A stretch of DNA of 64,000 nucleotides, from the NCBI RefSeq assembly GCF_006345805.1, contig NC_042997.1, forward strand, positions 177,320,001 to 177,384,000. The letters are read 5' to 3'. Positions 52,065 through 64,000 of this stretch are shown one piece after another (the first letter of the stretch is position 1; every line of letters starts with the position of its first letter). The notes under the pieces are model-generated. The model worked only from the letters and a program-made list of their open reading frames with translations, was not told the origin of the DNA and searched no databases. Source of the stretch: Octopus sinensis (taxonomy: Eukaryota). The translations under genes and the position numbers were made by a program.

Positions 52065-53060
52065 TATAGAATATATACGAATGTCAAACAATTTAACTCC
52101 TCTCTAGTAAATCCGTCTTGTGTTAAAATAGGTTATCACACAATAATAAAATCTAAGTCAAACTTTGGCTTGAATTATTTCATAGTGGCAATAGAATGGT
52201 TATTTGAAGATTTATGAGGCATTTTACGACGCATTATACAATATGTAGAATTATAATATGCAAAAAAAACTGCTTTTAAAACTTGAAACATGACATTTTG
52301 TACAAAAGATACATCATGTAACACGACACGTGCCTTTATGTAAACTTACATTTTCACATATCACTTTATTAGCTTATTATTGATTTTTATATCTCTATCC
52401 GATGCCATTCACATTTTGGTTTTTCATCACGTCTTCATGAAGTACTCAGAAAACATATAAATATGAAATATGCTTAAAACACCGGTTTTCAGTATCCCCC
52501 ACGTAACAAAGATATTTAAAATGTCAGTTTAATTCTCTACACATACGTGTTCATACAACGTGCGTATCCCTTACACCAGTCACAAACACCGAAAATTCAG
52601 TTGTAGTTTATTTGTCTGCCCGTCTCCGTCTCTGTTTCCTCATCTATCAGACACATAATAATAAAAATAAGTAGACCAGCAATGCTTAAAAATAGAGCTG
52701 AAACTTGCTACTGTGGGTAGATATGAATATACTCGAAAGATAACTCTAAAACTGTGCATGCAATAACCAAAGATGTGTTAGCCTAGTTTATTGTCTAAAA
52801 TATTAAAATGATATTGCCATGAAATGTGACACGTTCTATCGTTTTGGATATAATGTAATAGGTTATAATGTATCAAATCATGGCCAGATCTGCTGGGTGG
52901 GAACCGACATGTAAAAGAAAATGTGTTGTAAAAAGCGACTAAGAGGCTGAGCTAGAATTTGCACTCCGACCTCGTAAAACCATCACCAGCAACGGCTACC
53001 CAACCAGATCCATGAGTTGGAGGGTTGTCGCCTATGTGGTGCAAAGTTGTTAATCGCATG

Positions 53061-53062
<2 letters not shown>

Positions 53063-53140
<78 letters not shown>
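53063..53140. repeat. (CTA)n(CTG)n compound microsatellite
   Basis: Direct reading. Confidence 0.95.
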
Positions 53141-53142
<2 letters not shown>

Positions 53143-54049
53143 ATCCTACTATCATATTTACTACTACTACTACAGAACCTGAAGCTTGTTTTTAATCAAA
53201 CACAGTACTACCACGTACAGTTAATGAAACTATAGATACCAACTTTCTCTATCCCCACGGGCGATTTTCTAGAGAAACCGTTGTTCTAATAATATAATTT
53301 GTCTGAATTATACTCCGATACAATTAAGCATTACATAAACGTAATGTACTGTATCGGAATACACAGAGGGAAGATGTGACACCACAGATGAAAAGAAAAT
53401 TGCCAAAAGATCCCCCAAAAGAATATATGAATATATATATATATAAATAATCATGAGTAATGAATCGAATAATTGGATAACGTACAAATTTTACCCAATT
53501 AGAGACGGAACAGAAGAAAAAACCTCACATATTTTCTTGAGAGACTCCAGCGACTGACATTTATGTGGATGAAGACTATACTATAAAGTATATTAAATGT
53601 TTTCGGAAGTCAATAGCACGCTCTACTGCGTTAGCAGTGCTTTTTACAATCTTTTGTTACGAAGCGTAGCAAAAATCAGTGCTGGCTATAATCTCTATAA
53701 AATGTCTATAGAAATAACCTTAAAATATCACTAGAGAATTACTAAGACGAATCTTTACAAAAACTTAAGTTCAAAAAAAGGAGTAATGTTGTTACGTTTT
53801 TCTACGAGGCTTTTTCACAGTCAAAATTAAATATTTGCGATTTGCATATGAAGTGTGTGCATTTTCCTTCTTTAATTTCTTATATTCTGTGTTCCTTGCT
53901 GTGGAAGAGCGTAGGCTCGAAACGTAGAAGACTTTCTCACTTCCCGAGCGTTAAGCTAATACCCGTCTTCGCCTTTTGTTTTTTGTAAATTCTCACTATA
54001 TGTATATATATATATATAGGATTATTATTAATATTGGTATTAAAATGAT

Positions 54050-54470
54050 TGGGGACTGGCAGAATCGTTAGAACATTGAACAAAATGCTTTGGAATTTAT
54101 TTTTCCGCTTTCCTGATTTCTAGTGACACCATGTTCAGCGTTACCTTTCATTCTTTCGATGTCCATAAAATAAAGTACCAGTCAAGTACCGGGACGATGA
54201 AATCAACAATGCCTTCGTATCAGAATTGCCGGCCTTGTGTCAAAATAAAAAAATATTATTATTGCATACATTAAGGTGGCGAGCTAGCAGAATAGTTATC
54301 GAACCGGTCAAAATCCTTAACGGCATGTATTCCGGCTCTTTAAAATCTGATTTCAAGTTCCGCTGATGATCACTTTGCTTTACATCCTTTTAGGGTCGAT
54401 AAAATAAGTATTAGTTGAGCACTTGGATCAATGTTTAAGACGAGCTCCCTCCTTCAAATTTCAGGCCTTA
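54050..54470 (+). mobile_element. Two degenerate SINE A2 copies
   Basis: TGGCAGAATCGTTAG at 54057 and AAGGTGGCGAGCTAGCAGAAT at 54274. Confidence 0.75.
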
Positions 54471-54477
54471 AGACTAT

Positions 54478-54650
54478 ACTCTTTTACTTGTGTCAGTCAT
54501 TTGACTGTGGCCATGCTGGAGCACCGCCTTTTAGCAAATCGACCCCAGGACTTATTCTTTGTAAGCCTAGTATTTATTCTATCGGTCTCTTTTGCCGAAC
54601 CGCTAAGGACGTAAACGCACCAGCAGCGGTTGTCAAGCGATGTTGGGGGA

Positions 54651-54715
<65 letters not shown>

Positions 54716-54881
54716 CACGACGGGCTTCTTTCAGTTTCCGTCCACCAAATCCACTCACAAGGCTTTGGTCGGCCCGAGGCTACAGTAGAAGACACTTGCC
54801 CAAGGTGCCACGCAGTGGGACTGAACCCGGAACCATGTGGTTCGTAAGCAAGCTACTTACCATACAGCCACTCCTACGCCT
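54478..54881 (-). mobile_element. Full-length SINE B
   Basis: Family match; possible 6-bp TSD ACTATA. Confidence 0.92.
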
Positions 54882-55283
54882 ACTATAGTAAAAAAAAAAA
54901 AAACTATTACATGCACTAAGGCGATGGAATGGTCGTCATTACAGAGCCTGGATAAAAATGTTTTGTTATATTATTTCCGGGTTATTATTTTCGAGTTCAA
55001 ATCTCGCCTACTTTGCCTTTTATATATCCTAGAATCGATGAAATAAGTAGCGGCCAAGTACTGAAGTCGATATAATTGAGTTTCTTTCAGGGTAAATGTT
55101 TTTGCCTGATTCGCATAAAAGAAACGTTTTTCATTTTTCGATCTGTCTTGAAATCTGTCATTGAAGTATTTCTTCATTTAGCAGTCATTAGCATAAATGA
55201 CGGGATGTGTGTGTGTGTGTATGTGTGTGTGTGTAAGAATGAATGAGAAGGAGAGAAAGAGAGAGTGAGAAAGGGGAGGGCGG

Positions 55284-55323
<40 letters not shown>

Positions 55324-56079
55324 GAGAGAGCTCATGCAGTTCATTAAAATGCATTTCTTTTGAATTATACCGATTATTGGAAGTATGTCTTTTCAATTTT
55401 CATTCGCAACGCTACAAACACCACCACCACCCACCACCACCACCACCACCATCCCCGCACGCGTACAGGCATAGAGCATACACGCACGCGCGTGCGCTCA
55501 CACGCACTTATCTAACCTATATTATTATCTAGGGTATTTTATGCACAGAGTAACACAACGCAGAAACACATATACGACTTTTGCATTTAGTATTTTGCAT
55601 AACAAATGATGTAACACACACACAGAACACACACACACACACACATACACACACGCACACACACACACATAATATAATATACATATATACATACGTATAT
55701 CTGCATGTATCAGGTTGAGTCAAAAGAATTTTGGATTTATTTTTCTCTGTTGATTTTAGCAACATGTATCTCCATGTTATTACTTTGGTACAAATTGTCC
55801 ACTCATTGCTGAATTTGCATAAATACATGTTTATAAGCGTGTGTGGTGCGTCTGTACATGTTTTGGTTTTGTGTGTCTGGGTGAGTGTGTGTGTGGAAGT
55901 GTGCTTGTGTATATGTTTGTATGTATGTACAGGTGTGTGTGTGTATTTGTATGCAAGAAGAAAACCTCATACTAGCGGTATTCGATATTCGACATAACTA
56001 AATTGCAAAGCAAAGAATTCTATGCAAATTTCAGTAAATGATGGCAATTATTCTAGAAAAAGGAAAACAGTAGTGGTGG

Positions 56080-56125
56080 CAGTCATACATACTACTACTT
56101 CTACTATAAAAACAAACTGCTGCTG

Positions 56126-56165
<40 letters not shown>

Positions 56166-56338
56166 CATCACCAGTACTACTATCACGACTACCATCACCA
56201 CAACCACAATCACTACCATCATTAGCACGACCACGACCACCATCACCATCATTCCTCCTCCTCTTCCTCCACCCACTGCTACTACTACTACACTACTACT
56301 ACTACTACTACTACTACTATCATCATCACTCTCCACCG

Positions 56339-56395
<57 letters not shown>

Positions 56396-56397
56396 TG

Positions 56398-56455
<58 letters not shown>
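56080..56455. repeat. Compound trinucleotide array (CTA, CAC, CAT, CCT, AAT)
   Basis: Direct reading. Confidence 0.9.
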
Positions 56456-56625
56456 TCTTTTCTTCTCTAGGCACAAGGCCCGAAATTTTGTGGGAGAGGG
56501 GTCAGTCGATTAAATCGACCCCAGTACGCAACTGGTACTTAATTTGAACTCAGAGCGTAACGGCAGACACAATACCGGTAAGCTTTTCGCCCAGCGTGCT
56601 AACGATTCTGCCAGCTCACCGCCTT
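56456..56625 (-). mobile_element. SINE A2 with an internal deletion, inside (AAT)n
   Basis: GGTACTTAATTT is joined directly to GAACTCAG; AAT tracts lie on both sides. Confidence 0.85.
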
Positions 56626-56634
56626 ATAATAATG

Positions 56635-56692
<58 letters not shown>

Positions 56693-57323
56693 GAAGAATA
56701 ATGTGAAGGGGAGGAGGAGAAAATAACAGAAAAGATGGCGATGAATTAGTTATTATAATGTTGAGCTGGGTGGCTTAAGATCGATTGATTTTAGAATAAA
56801 CAACCTCAGATGGAAAGAAAGTTTAGGAGTTAGGAAAAAAATGGGTGGAATAAACGTCAAGGAAAGATAGAAAGTACATCAGGAATCAAATCCTTCGCTG
56901 TGTGTGTAGAGGAAAAATAAATAAATAAGTAAATTAAGTAGAAGGCTGTACTCCAGCATGGCCGTGATCATGATTGCCGAATCAACTAGGCAAATAAAGA
57001 AATTGTATATATGAGTATATGAATACGTTTACATACGCGGGTACACACACGCACATCCATGCATGCACACATACACATACACATACTCAGGGACGCTCGC
57101 ACTCACACATACGCAACCGTCCATATATCCACGTACTCCCACAAGTGTGCGCGCGTACTCACGTTTCTGTGTATATTTGTGTGTGTGTATGCGTAGGTGT
57201 GTATAGTGTTATATATTTTTTTTCATGTGGGTGAGTTGTGTATATCAACATACATCATAAATGATACCGCAAAGCATCCATATACACATTCATACATCCA
57301 TTTACATATAACAATGCGTCATT

Positions 57324-57378
<55 letters not shown>

Positions 57379-57481
57379 GCGTGTATGTATGCGTGAGTGT
57401 ATATATATATATATATATATTTATATACATATATACGTATATTGATATATAATATATGAAGATACATACATATATATATAA

Positions 57482-57512
<31 letters not shown>

Positions 57513-57639
57513 GTATTATATATATATATAATATATCTATATACATTAACATTTAATTTGATATATGGATAGATTTTAAGCATAAATAAAGGATTTACAC
57601 TTATTTAAGATGCTTAAGCATAGTCATACTTTGTACAAC

Positions 57640-58153
57640 GTGTCTCTTACATACATATACATATATATATACCCATATATACATATATATATATGTATAT
57701 ACATATATACATAATATATATATATATACATAAATACATATATATATATATATACATATATACATATATATATACATATATATATGTATATACATATATA
57801 TACATATATATATATATACATATATACATATAGTATTATATATACATATATACATACATATGTATATCCATATATATATATATAATATAGGTATATACAT
57901 ATATACATATATACATATATACACACATATATATACATTAACATATATATGTATATACATATATATTATATACATATATACATACATACATATAATATAT
58001 ATATATATATATACACATATACATATATATGTATATACATATATATATATAAATATATATATATACATATATACATATATACACATATATACATATATAT
58101 GTAATACATATATACATATATATATACATAAATACATATATATGTATATCCAT

Positions 58154-58192
<39 letters not shown>

Positions 58193-58270
58193 TACACATA
58201 TATATATATACACATATACATATTATTGAATATACATATATATATATATACATATATACATATACATATA
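57640..58270. repeat. Long degenerate (TA)/(TACA) microsatellite
   Basis: Direct reading. Confidence 0.95.
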
Positions 58271-60198
58271 TAACTTAGAAAACTTAAAGGTTTTTGGCCA
58301 GTATTGGCCCAGGCCATGTCTAACTTAATAGCACCACCTGGCGAAGTCTTTCAGTTCAGATTTGGGCACCAAGGCCCATTCGAGCAGAGAGTTATTGTTT
58401 GCGGAACATATCCGGGTGTGGGTGGTTTGTCCGTACTGTTTGAAGGAATTTGTCCAAAGACTTCTGAATTTTGTGTGGTCAGTTCTTTTTGTTGACGTGT
58501 CCTGTGTAATGTTGAAGAGAGCGGGTCCAATTGAGGTGAAATAGTTGTGCCGTATTGTCCGTTATGTGATGCGATTTAGATTTTTGTTGTGGACGGATGG
58601 CACGTGGTCCAAGCCTTGGATGCATTTTGAAGGTGATGCCAACATCATTCGGACAGTGCTGATGGAATATTTTCCACATCATACAGATATTTAGCGTTCA
58701 CGGCGTCGTGGAGTGAATACAATTTCAGCTCTCTAGTCTACCCAGTAGTCAAGGTCTGACATGCCATCTATCTTTTTTGTGATTGACTTTGGGGAGCTTT
58801 AATTCTCATAATATTTTGTTTTTGGTAGGGAGACCACAGTGGACAGCAGTATTCAAGGTGGGTCGGCAAAAGTGGAGAAGAGAAGGATAATAGCGTGGGA
58901 ATCTCTCGACTGGAAGGTTCTGAGAATCCAGGAACACATTCTGCGGGCCATGTCAACTTTGCTGCTTATATGTGTAGCCCAGCTTATGTGTTGTCCACTG
59001 TTTCTCCCAGGTCTGATGTTGTTGGATGCCATGAGAATTTCTCGCAGAAGGAAGAGAGTATGGGAGTTTCAGAGCGTCCTCCCTTCCAAGTGGATCAGTT
59101 CGAATTTGTCTTCATTTAGCACATGTTTATTCTTTTCCGCCCATTGGACAACAGCCAGTAGGTCTGACTGAAGGTTTATTCGTCATCCACCCATTGATGA
59201 CCTTCTGGAGCTTGGAATCATCAGCGAAGGTTCTGATGTTGCTGTGTTTGATGGTTCAGTATATCATTTATGTAGATGATGAAGAAAGTGGGCCCAACAC
59301 AGTGCCTTGTGGCACACCACTGCTGACTTTTGCTGGGCTGGATTTGACTCTTCGACTACAACATGTTGGGTCTGTTAGAGAGAAGCACTTGATCCATTGC
59401 AGCAGCTTTCCAGTGACACAATATTGGACAGCTTTCTCAGAAGGATCTTATGATCAACCCTGTCAAAGGCTTGCTGAAATCAAGGTAGATGACATCAGTG
59501 TTGGAACCCTCTCCCAAGGCTCTCAAAAGTCTTCAAATGATGCAGTAGCTGCGTCAGGCAATCTCTCCCATTACGGAATCCAGCTGGGGGGTTCAAGCAT
59601 ATTATGACTCTCAAGGAAGTGAGTCATACGCGATCTCAGCACCCTCTCAAATACCTTGATGATATGAGAGGTGAGTGAGATTGGACGGTAATTCACGGCA
59701 AGCGATTTGTTCCTTTTTTGAAAACTGGGACAGACGAGACTGGGATAGAAGGTCTTCTGGTATATATCCAGCATCCAATGAGTTTCCGCCACAGATTGCT
59801 AGAGGGGGTGCAAGTTGTTTTGACACATCTTCAAGACACAAGCAGGGAAACCTATCGGGACCTACTGCTGAATTTGCCATTTCCTTTATTGCTGCTAAGA
59901 CATCAGGAGCGCCAAATGTTATGTCCGATAAGGTGTATTGGGGTAGTAACATCACTGATACAGCCCAGATCAGTCATATCAGGATTGCTGAAAACAGAGC
60001 AATATTGTTTCTGCAATATTTCCCCATGGTTTTGGCATTGTCTTGAAGAGTACCATTTTCATCAATCAGAGGGCCAACAGTAGAACCAGTGACTCTGGGT
60101 TTTTTTTTGCAAATGAAAGAACACTTGGGATTGAGTTTGATCTTCTCAATGGCCCAGGCCTCTTCAGCTCTTCGCTGACTATTGAGATAGACATCAGA
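58271..60198 (-). mobile_element. 5'-truncated, frameshifted CR1-type LINE (RT domain to 3' end)
   Basis: AIEKIKLNPKC, AVGPDRFP, VNYRPISLTSHIIKVFERV, SGVPQGTVLGP, IRTFADDSKL, LEYCCPLWSPYQKQNI, HPRLGPRAIRP. 3' tail TAAGTTTTCTAAGTTA. (TA)-type repeats on both sides. Confidence 0.88.
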
Positions 60199-60229
60199 CA
60201 TATATATATATACATACACATATATATAC

Positions 60230-60281
<52 letters not shown>

Positions 60282-60636
60282 TATACATATATATATACAT
60301 ATATAGTATATATATATAAATATATATATAATGTATATATATATGCATGTATATATATATGCATATGTATACAAATCGTACAGATACGCATATAGACACA
60401 TAAACGCACACGTTATACAACTTGATAAATAATCACTCCTTATCATTGATCGATTCCCATATTATGATTAAGCTTTTGTGGAATTATTTGCCGCGTGTTC
60501 ATCATCTTTTGCGATTGAATGTGTTATTGATTCGCATACAGGACATGATAGCTTCTTCTGAAAGTGGGTCTTTAAAAGCAAATCAGGCTAAATGGCTAGG
60601 TCAAAGATCTGGAACTCTAAAGAGAGAGAGAGAGAG

Positions 60637-60676
<40 letters not shown>

Positions 60677-60964
60677 GGAGGGAGAGAGAGAGAGAAGAGA
60701 AAAAAGAAATATGTAATTGTAATCTGAAGTTAATTTTTAAAAAAAAACCTGTAAACAAAATAAAATATGGTGAACGATGTTAACAGTACATCTGTAACAT
60801 ATCGCTTCTATATATATACATACATACTACACACACACACATATATATTCCGTTATTATTTATTCTTTCTTTCAGTTTTATTTTGTGATTCAGCTGAATA
60901 CAATGCAGTATATATATAATTATATATATATATACAACATACATATATATATAATATATATAAA

Positions 60965-61040
<76 letters not shown>

Positions 61041-61248
61041 TTATATCTATAATATATCTATATATGTATATAATATATATATATTGTATATATATATATA
61101 TACATCATATATATATATATATATTATATAATGTATATATATATATATAAATATTATATATATATGGGATATAGTATTATATCATACCTATATATATATA
61201 CATATATATTATACATATATATATTACATTATATATACTATAATATAT

Positions 61249-61284
<36 letters not shown>

Positions 61285-61584
61285 TATATACATCATATCT
61301 ATATATATATATATACATACATACAATATATATATATACATACACACACACATATATATATATATATTAGGTGAAGCTTTAGGTAATACATAGGGAACAA
61401 CACTTGTTGAATTTAACTGCATGTTTGGAAATTCGATAGGATTGCTGAACCTGTTGAAAAAAAAAAAGACCCAGAACAAATAGGGCAAAGTCATTTTCCA
61501 ACGCTCTAACTATTCTGCCAGCTCACCACCCTATCAACAACAACGACGACGACGACGTCGACAGCAGTAGCAACGGCAACAACA

Positions 61585-61800
61585 ATAATAATCTTTTCAA
61601 CTATAGGCACAAGGCCTGCAATTTGGGGATAGTTGATTACATCGATCCCAGTGCTTGATGGGTATTTATTTTATCGACCCCGATAGAATGAAACACTAAG
61701 TCGATCTCGGCGTAACTTGAACTCAGAACATAAAGACGGACGAAATGTTGCTAAGAATTTTGTCCGGCATACCAACCAGCGACGTGGCCCGCTCGCCACC
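61585..61800 (-). mobile_element. Older SINE A2 flanked by AAT/AAC repeats
   Basis: CTATAGGCACAAGGCC..TTTTATCGACCCC..TTGAACTCAGAAC. Confidence 0.75.
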
Positions 61801-61892
61801 ACTTTAGAAATAATAATAATAACAATTATAATAACTATTATACACTCCCATATTAAAAATATTGATCAGTTTTGCGAAGAATATATATATAG

Positions 61893-62055
61893 AGGTGTAG
61901 GAGTGGCTGTGTGGTAAGGAGCTTGTTTAGGAACCACACGGTTCCGGGTTCAGTCCCACTGAGTGGCACCTTGGGCAAGTGTCTTCTACTATAGCCTCGG
62001 GCCGACCAAAGCCTTGTGAGTGAATTTGGCGGACGGAAACTGAAAGAATCCCGTC

Positions 62056-62113
<58 letters not shown>

Positions 62114-62368
62114 GAATATATATATATATATATGTATGTATGTGTGTGTATGCGTTGTATGTCTGTGTGTGTGTCCCCAACATCGCTTGACAACCGATGC
62201 TGGTGTGTTTACGTCCGCGTAACTTAGCGGTTCGGCAAAACAGACCGATAGAATAAGTACTAGGCTTACAAATAATAAGTCCTGGGCTCAATTTGCTCGA
62301 CTAAAGGGGGTGCTCCAGCATGGCCACAGTCAAATGACTGAAACAAGTAAAAGAGTAAAAGAGTAAAA
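61893..62368 (+). mobile_element. Full-length SINE B
   Basis: Family match with an expanded internal (TA)n and an AAAAGAGT tail. Confidence 0.92.
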
Positions 62369-63654
62369 GCGAGTATGTGCGCGCGTGTGTGTGTGTATGT
62401 TACGTATACAATAGATTATGAATTCGATTTCGTTCCATAGTTGAAGCGTTGCATATAGTCTGTGGCAGGATAACGTTCTAGATTAAATTTCTATTTGCGC
62501 TGGTGGATGATGAAATATCATAAAATGTAACAAGATAATAGCTATTAATATCTCCGAAGAATGCTGTCTAGGGAACATTTTGATCTAAGTGCAACGGAAT
62601 CGAAAGATAACCGAAGAACTTATTCAGCGGAATTATCTACAAGATATGTAATGATAGATATTTCTATAGCTGCATTCTTTTGTTTCTTAAAAGGTAGTCA
62701 ACGTTAATAACTAAAGCACTATGTAAGAGAGAGAGCAAAGGAGTGTGGTAAAAGTATAAAGCAGATAAGTTTTAAAATCATTCACCTAATGTAAAAATCA
62801 TATTGTTATTGTTTTGTAGCCCCAGGCACTATTGAAATTGTGTAATAGATAAAATACAGATGGGTTTATTATTTTTAATGCCGTTATAGCATGCTATTAT
62901 TTTCCAAGATGAAACATGGAGAATTTGTCAGATTTATTCTAAGAATCGAAAACATGTTTCAAGAAGCTATGATATTTCCGGTTTAGTCGCTTCACTATCG
63001 TACTATCAGTTGAAAGGGGTAAACAGTTTGCATAATTTCTCTAGGACTGTACTATTTCTGTGATCAATATATACCTAATGTGTATTAGCTCCGTTCATTT
63101 AACTGTAATGCGGGGATATATGTAGATGAATAAATTGACATAACTTCTAAATATATGAAGAGTGAGTACTGCATACATGTAAAGCCGTCTTCCATTGGCT
63201 ATTCTCTTTGCGATCTAGAGAAAGTAAGAAGATACTCAGTCTTAAGCCATAGTCCCAATCTTTTTGGTCAACATTGTCAATGGATCTAGAATCATTTGTA
63301 GCGATGACAGGCTATCTATTGTTAAATATAGCGTGACAGTTTACCAAAGATGAAATAATAATCCAAAGCCATCCACCGCCATTACAACTATCTGAATAAC
63401 TTTCTTGTAGACGAATAACTACGAATTTTAGTTGTTGCAGAATGAAATAACGAAGGAGTCGTGATTATATTGGATTGTTGGAACACCACTGAAGACTTCA
63501 AACGCATATAGTGTTTTGATCTAACATAAAATAAACTCACATAGGGCTAACAAATTTCGAACAGCTCTCTTTTCATTACAATCACTAAGCAGAAAAATAC
63601 ACCACAAGGTAAATATTTTAAGTTAGCTGCTAAGAATTTCCCATCTTTCAACTA

Positions 63655-63675
63655 TGATGGTGGTGGTGGTAATGG

Positions 63676-63728
<53 letters not shown>

Positions 63729-63730
63729 AA
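63655..63730. repeat. (GGT)n(GAT)n microsatellite; further GAC/GAT array at 63815-63910
   Basis: Direct reading. Confidence 0.95.
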
Positions 63731-64000
63731 AACGTCAATTACAAAGACGATACCAACGACGGTAAAGACCACGGCGAAGTAAAAGAAGGTGAACATGAAG
63801 TCAGTGACGATAAACGATGACGACTGCGATCATGTCGACGATAACAACGACGATGACGACGACGACGACGACGACGATGATGATGATGATAATGTTGATA
63901 ATGATGAGGACAACGATATACTTCAAAATTGTACTAGTCGCCCGCCCAATCAGCAATCTAGATCGAATCAAGATGATTGAACAGGATGTTCTTCACCCAC

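Overview
AT-rich, microsatellite-dense animal genomic DNA. The SINE repertoire and repeat style suggest an octopod cephalopod, which is an inference. One protein-coding gene is well supported: a divergent small/intermediate-conductance Ca2+-activated K+ channel (SK/KCNN family) on the minus strand. Its whole 484-aa ORF lies in one exon (49492-50946) behind a clear splice acceptor at 50971. The rest is mostly transposon debris: two abundant tRNA-headed SINE families (called A and B here) plus a third older SINE, a split RTE LINE, a 5'-truncated CR1-type LINE, three R4/Dong-like RLE retrotransposon 3' ends, a deleted mariner nested in a maT/rosa-like element, two Lep1/DINE-1-like elements, and Penelope-like inverted repeats, two with hammerhead-ribozyme-like cores. 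Almost all other ORFs in the track are translations of (TA)n, (CA)n or (AAT)n repeats. I found no multi-gene novel system. The leads worth checking are the single-exon SK paralog with KCa3.1-type pore residues and an altered calmodulin-binding domain, the hammerhead-like hairpins, and SINE multimers joined at an identical nucleotide. All alignments and folds were done by eye; coordinates of degenerate repeats are approximate.
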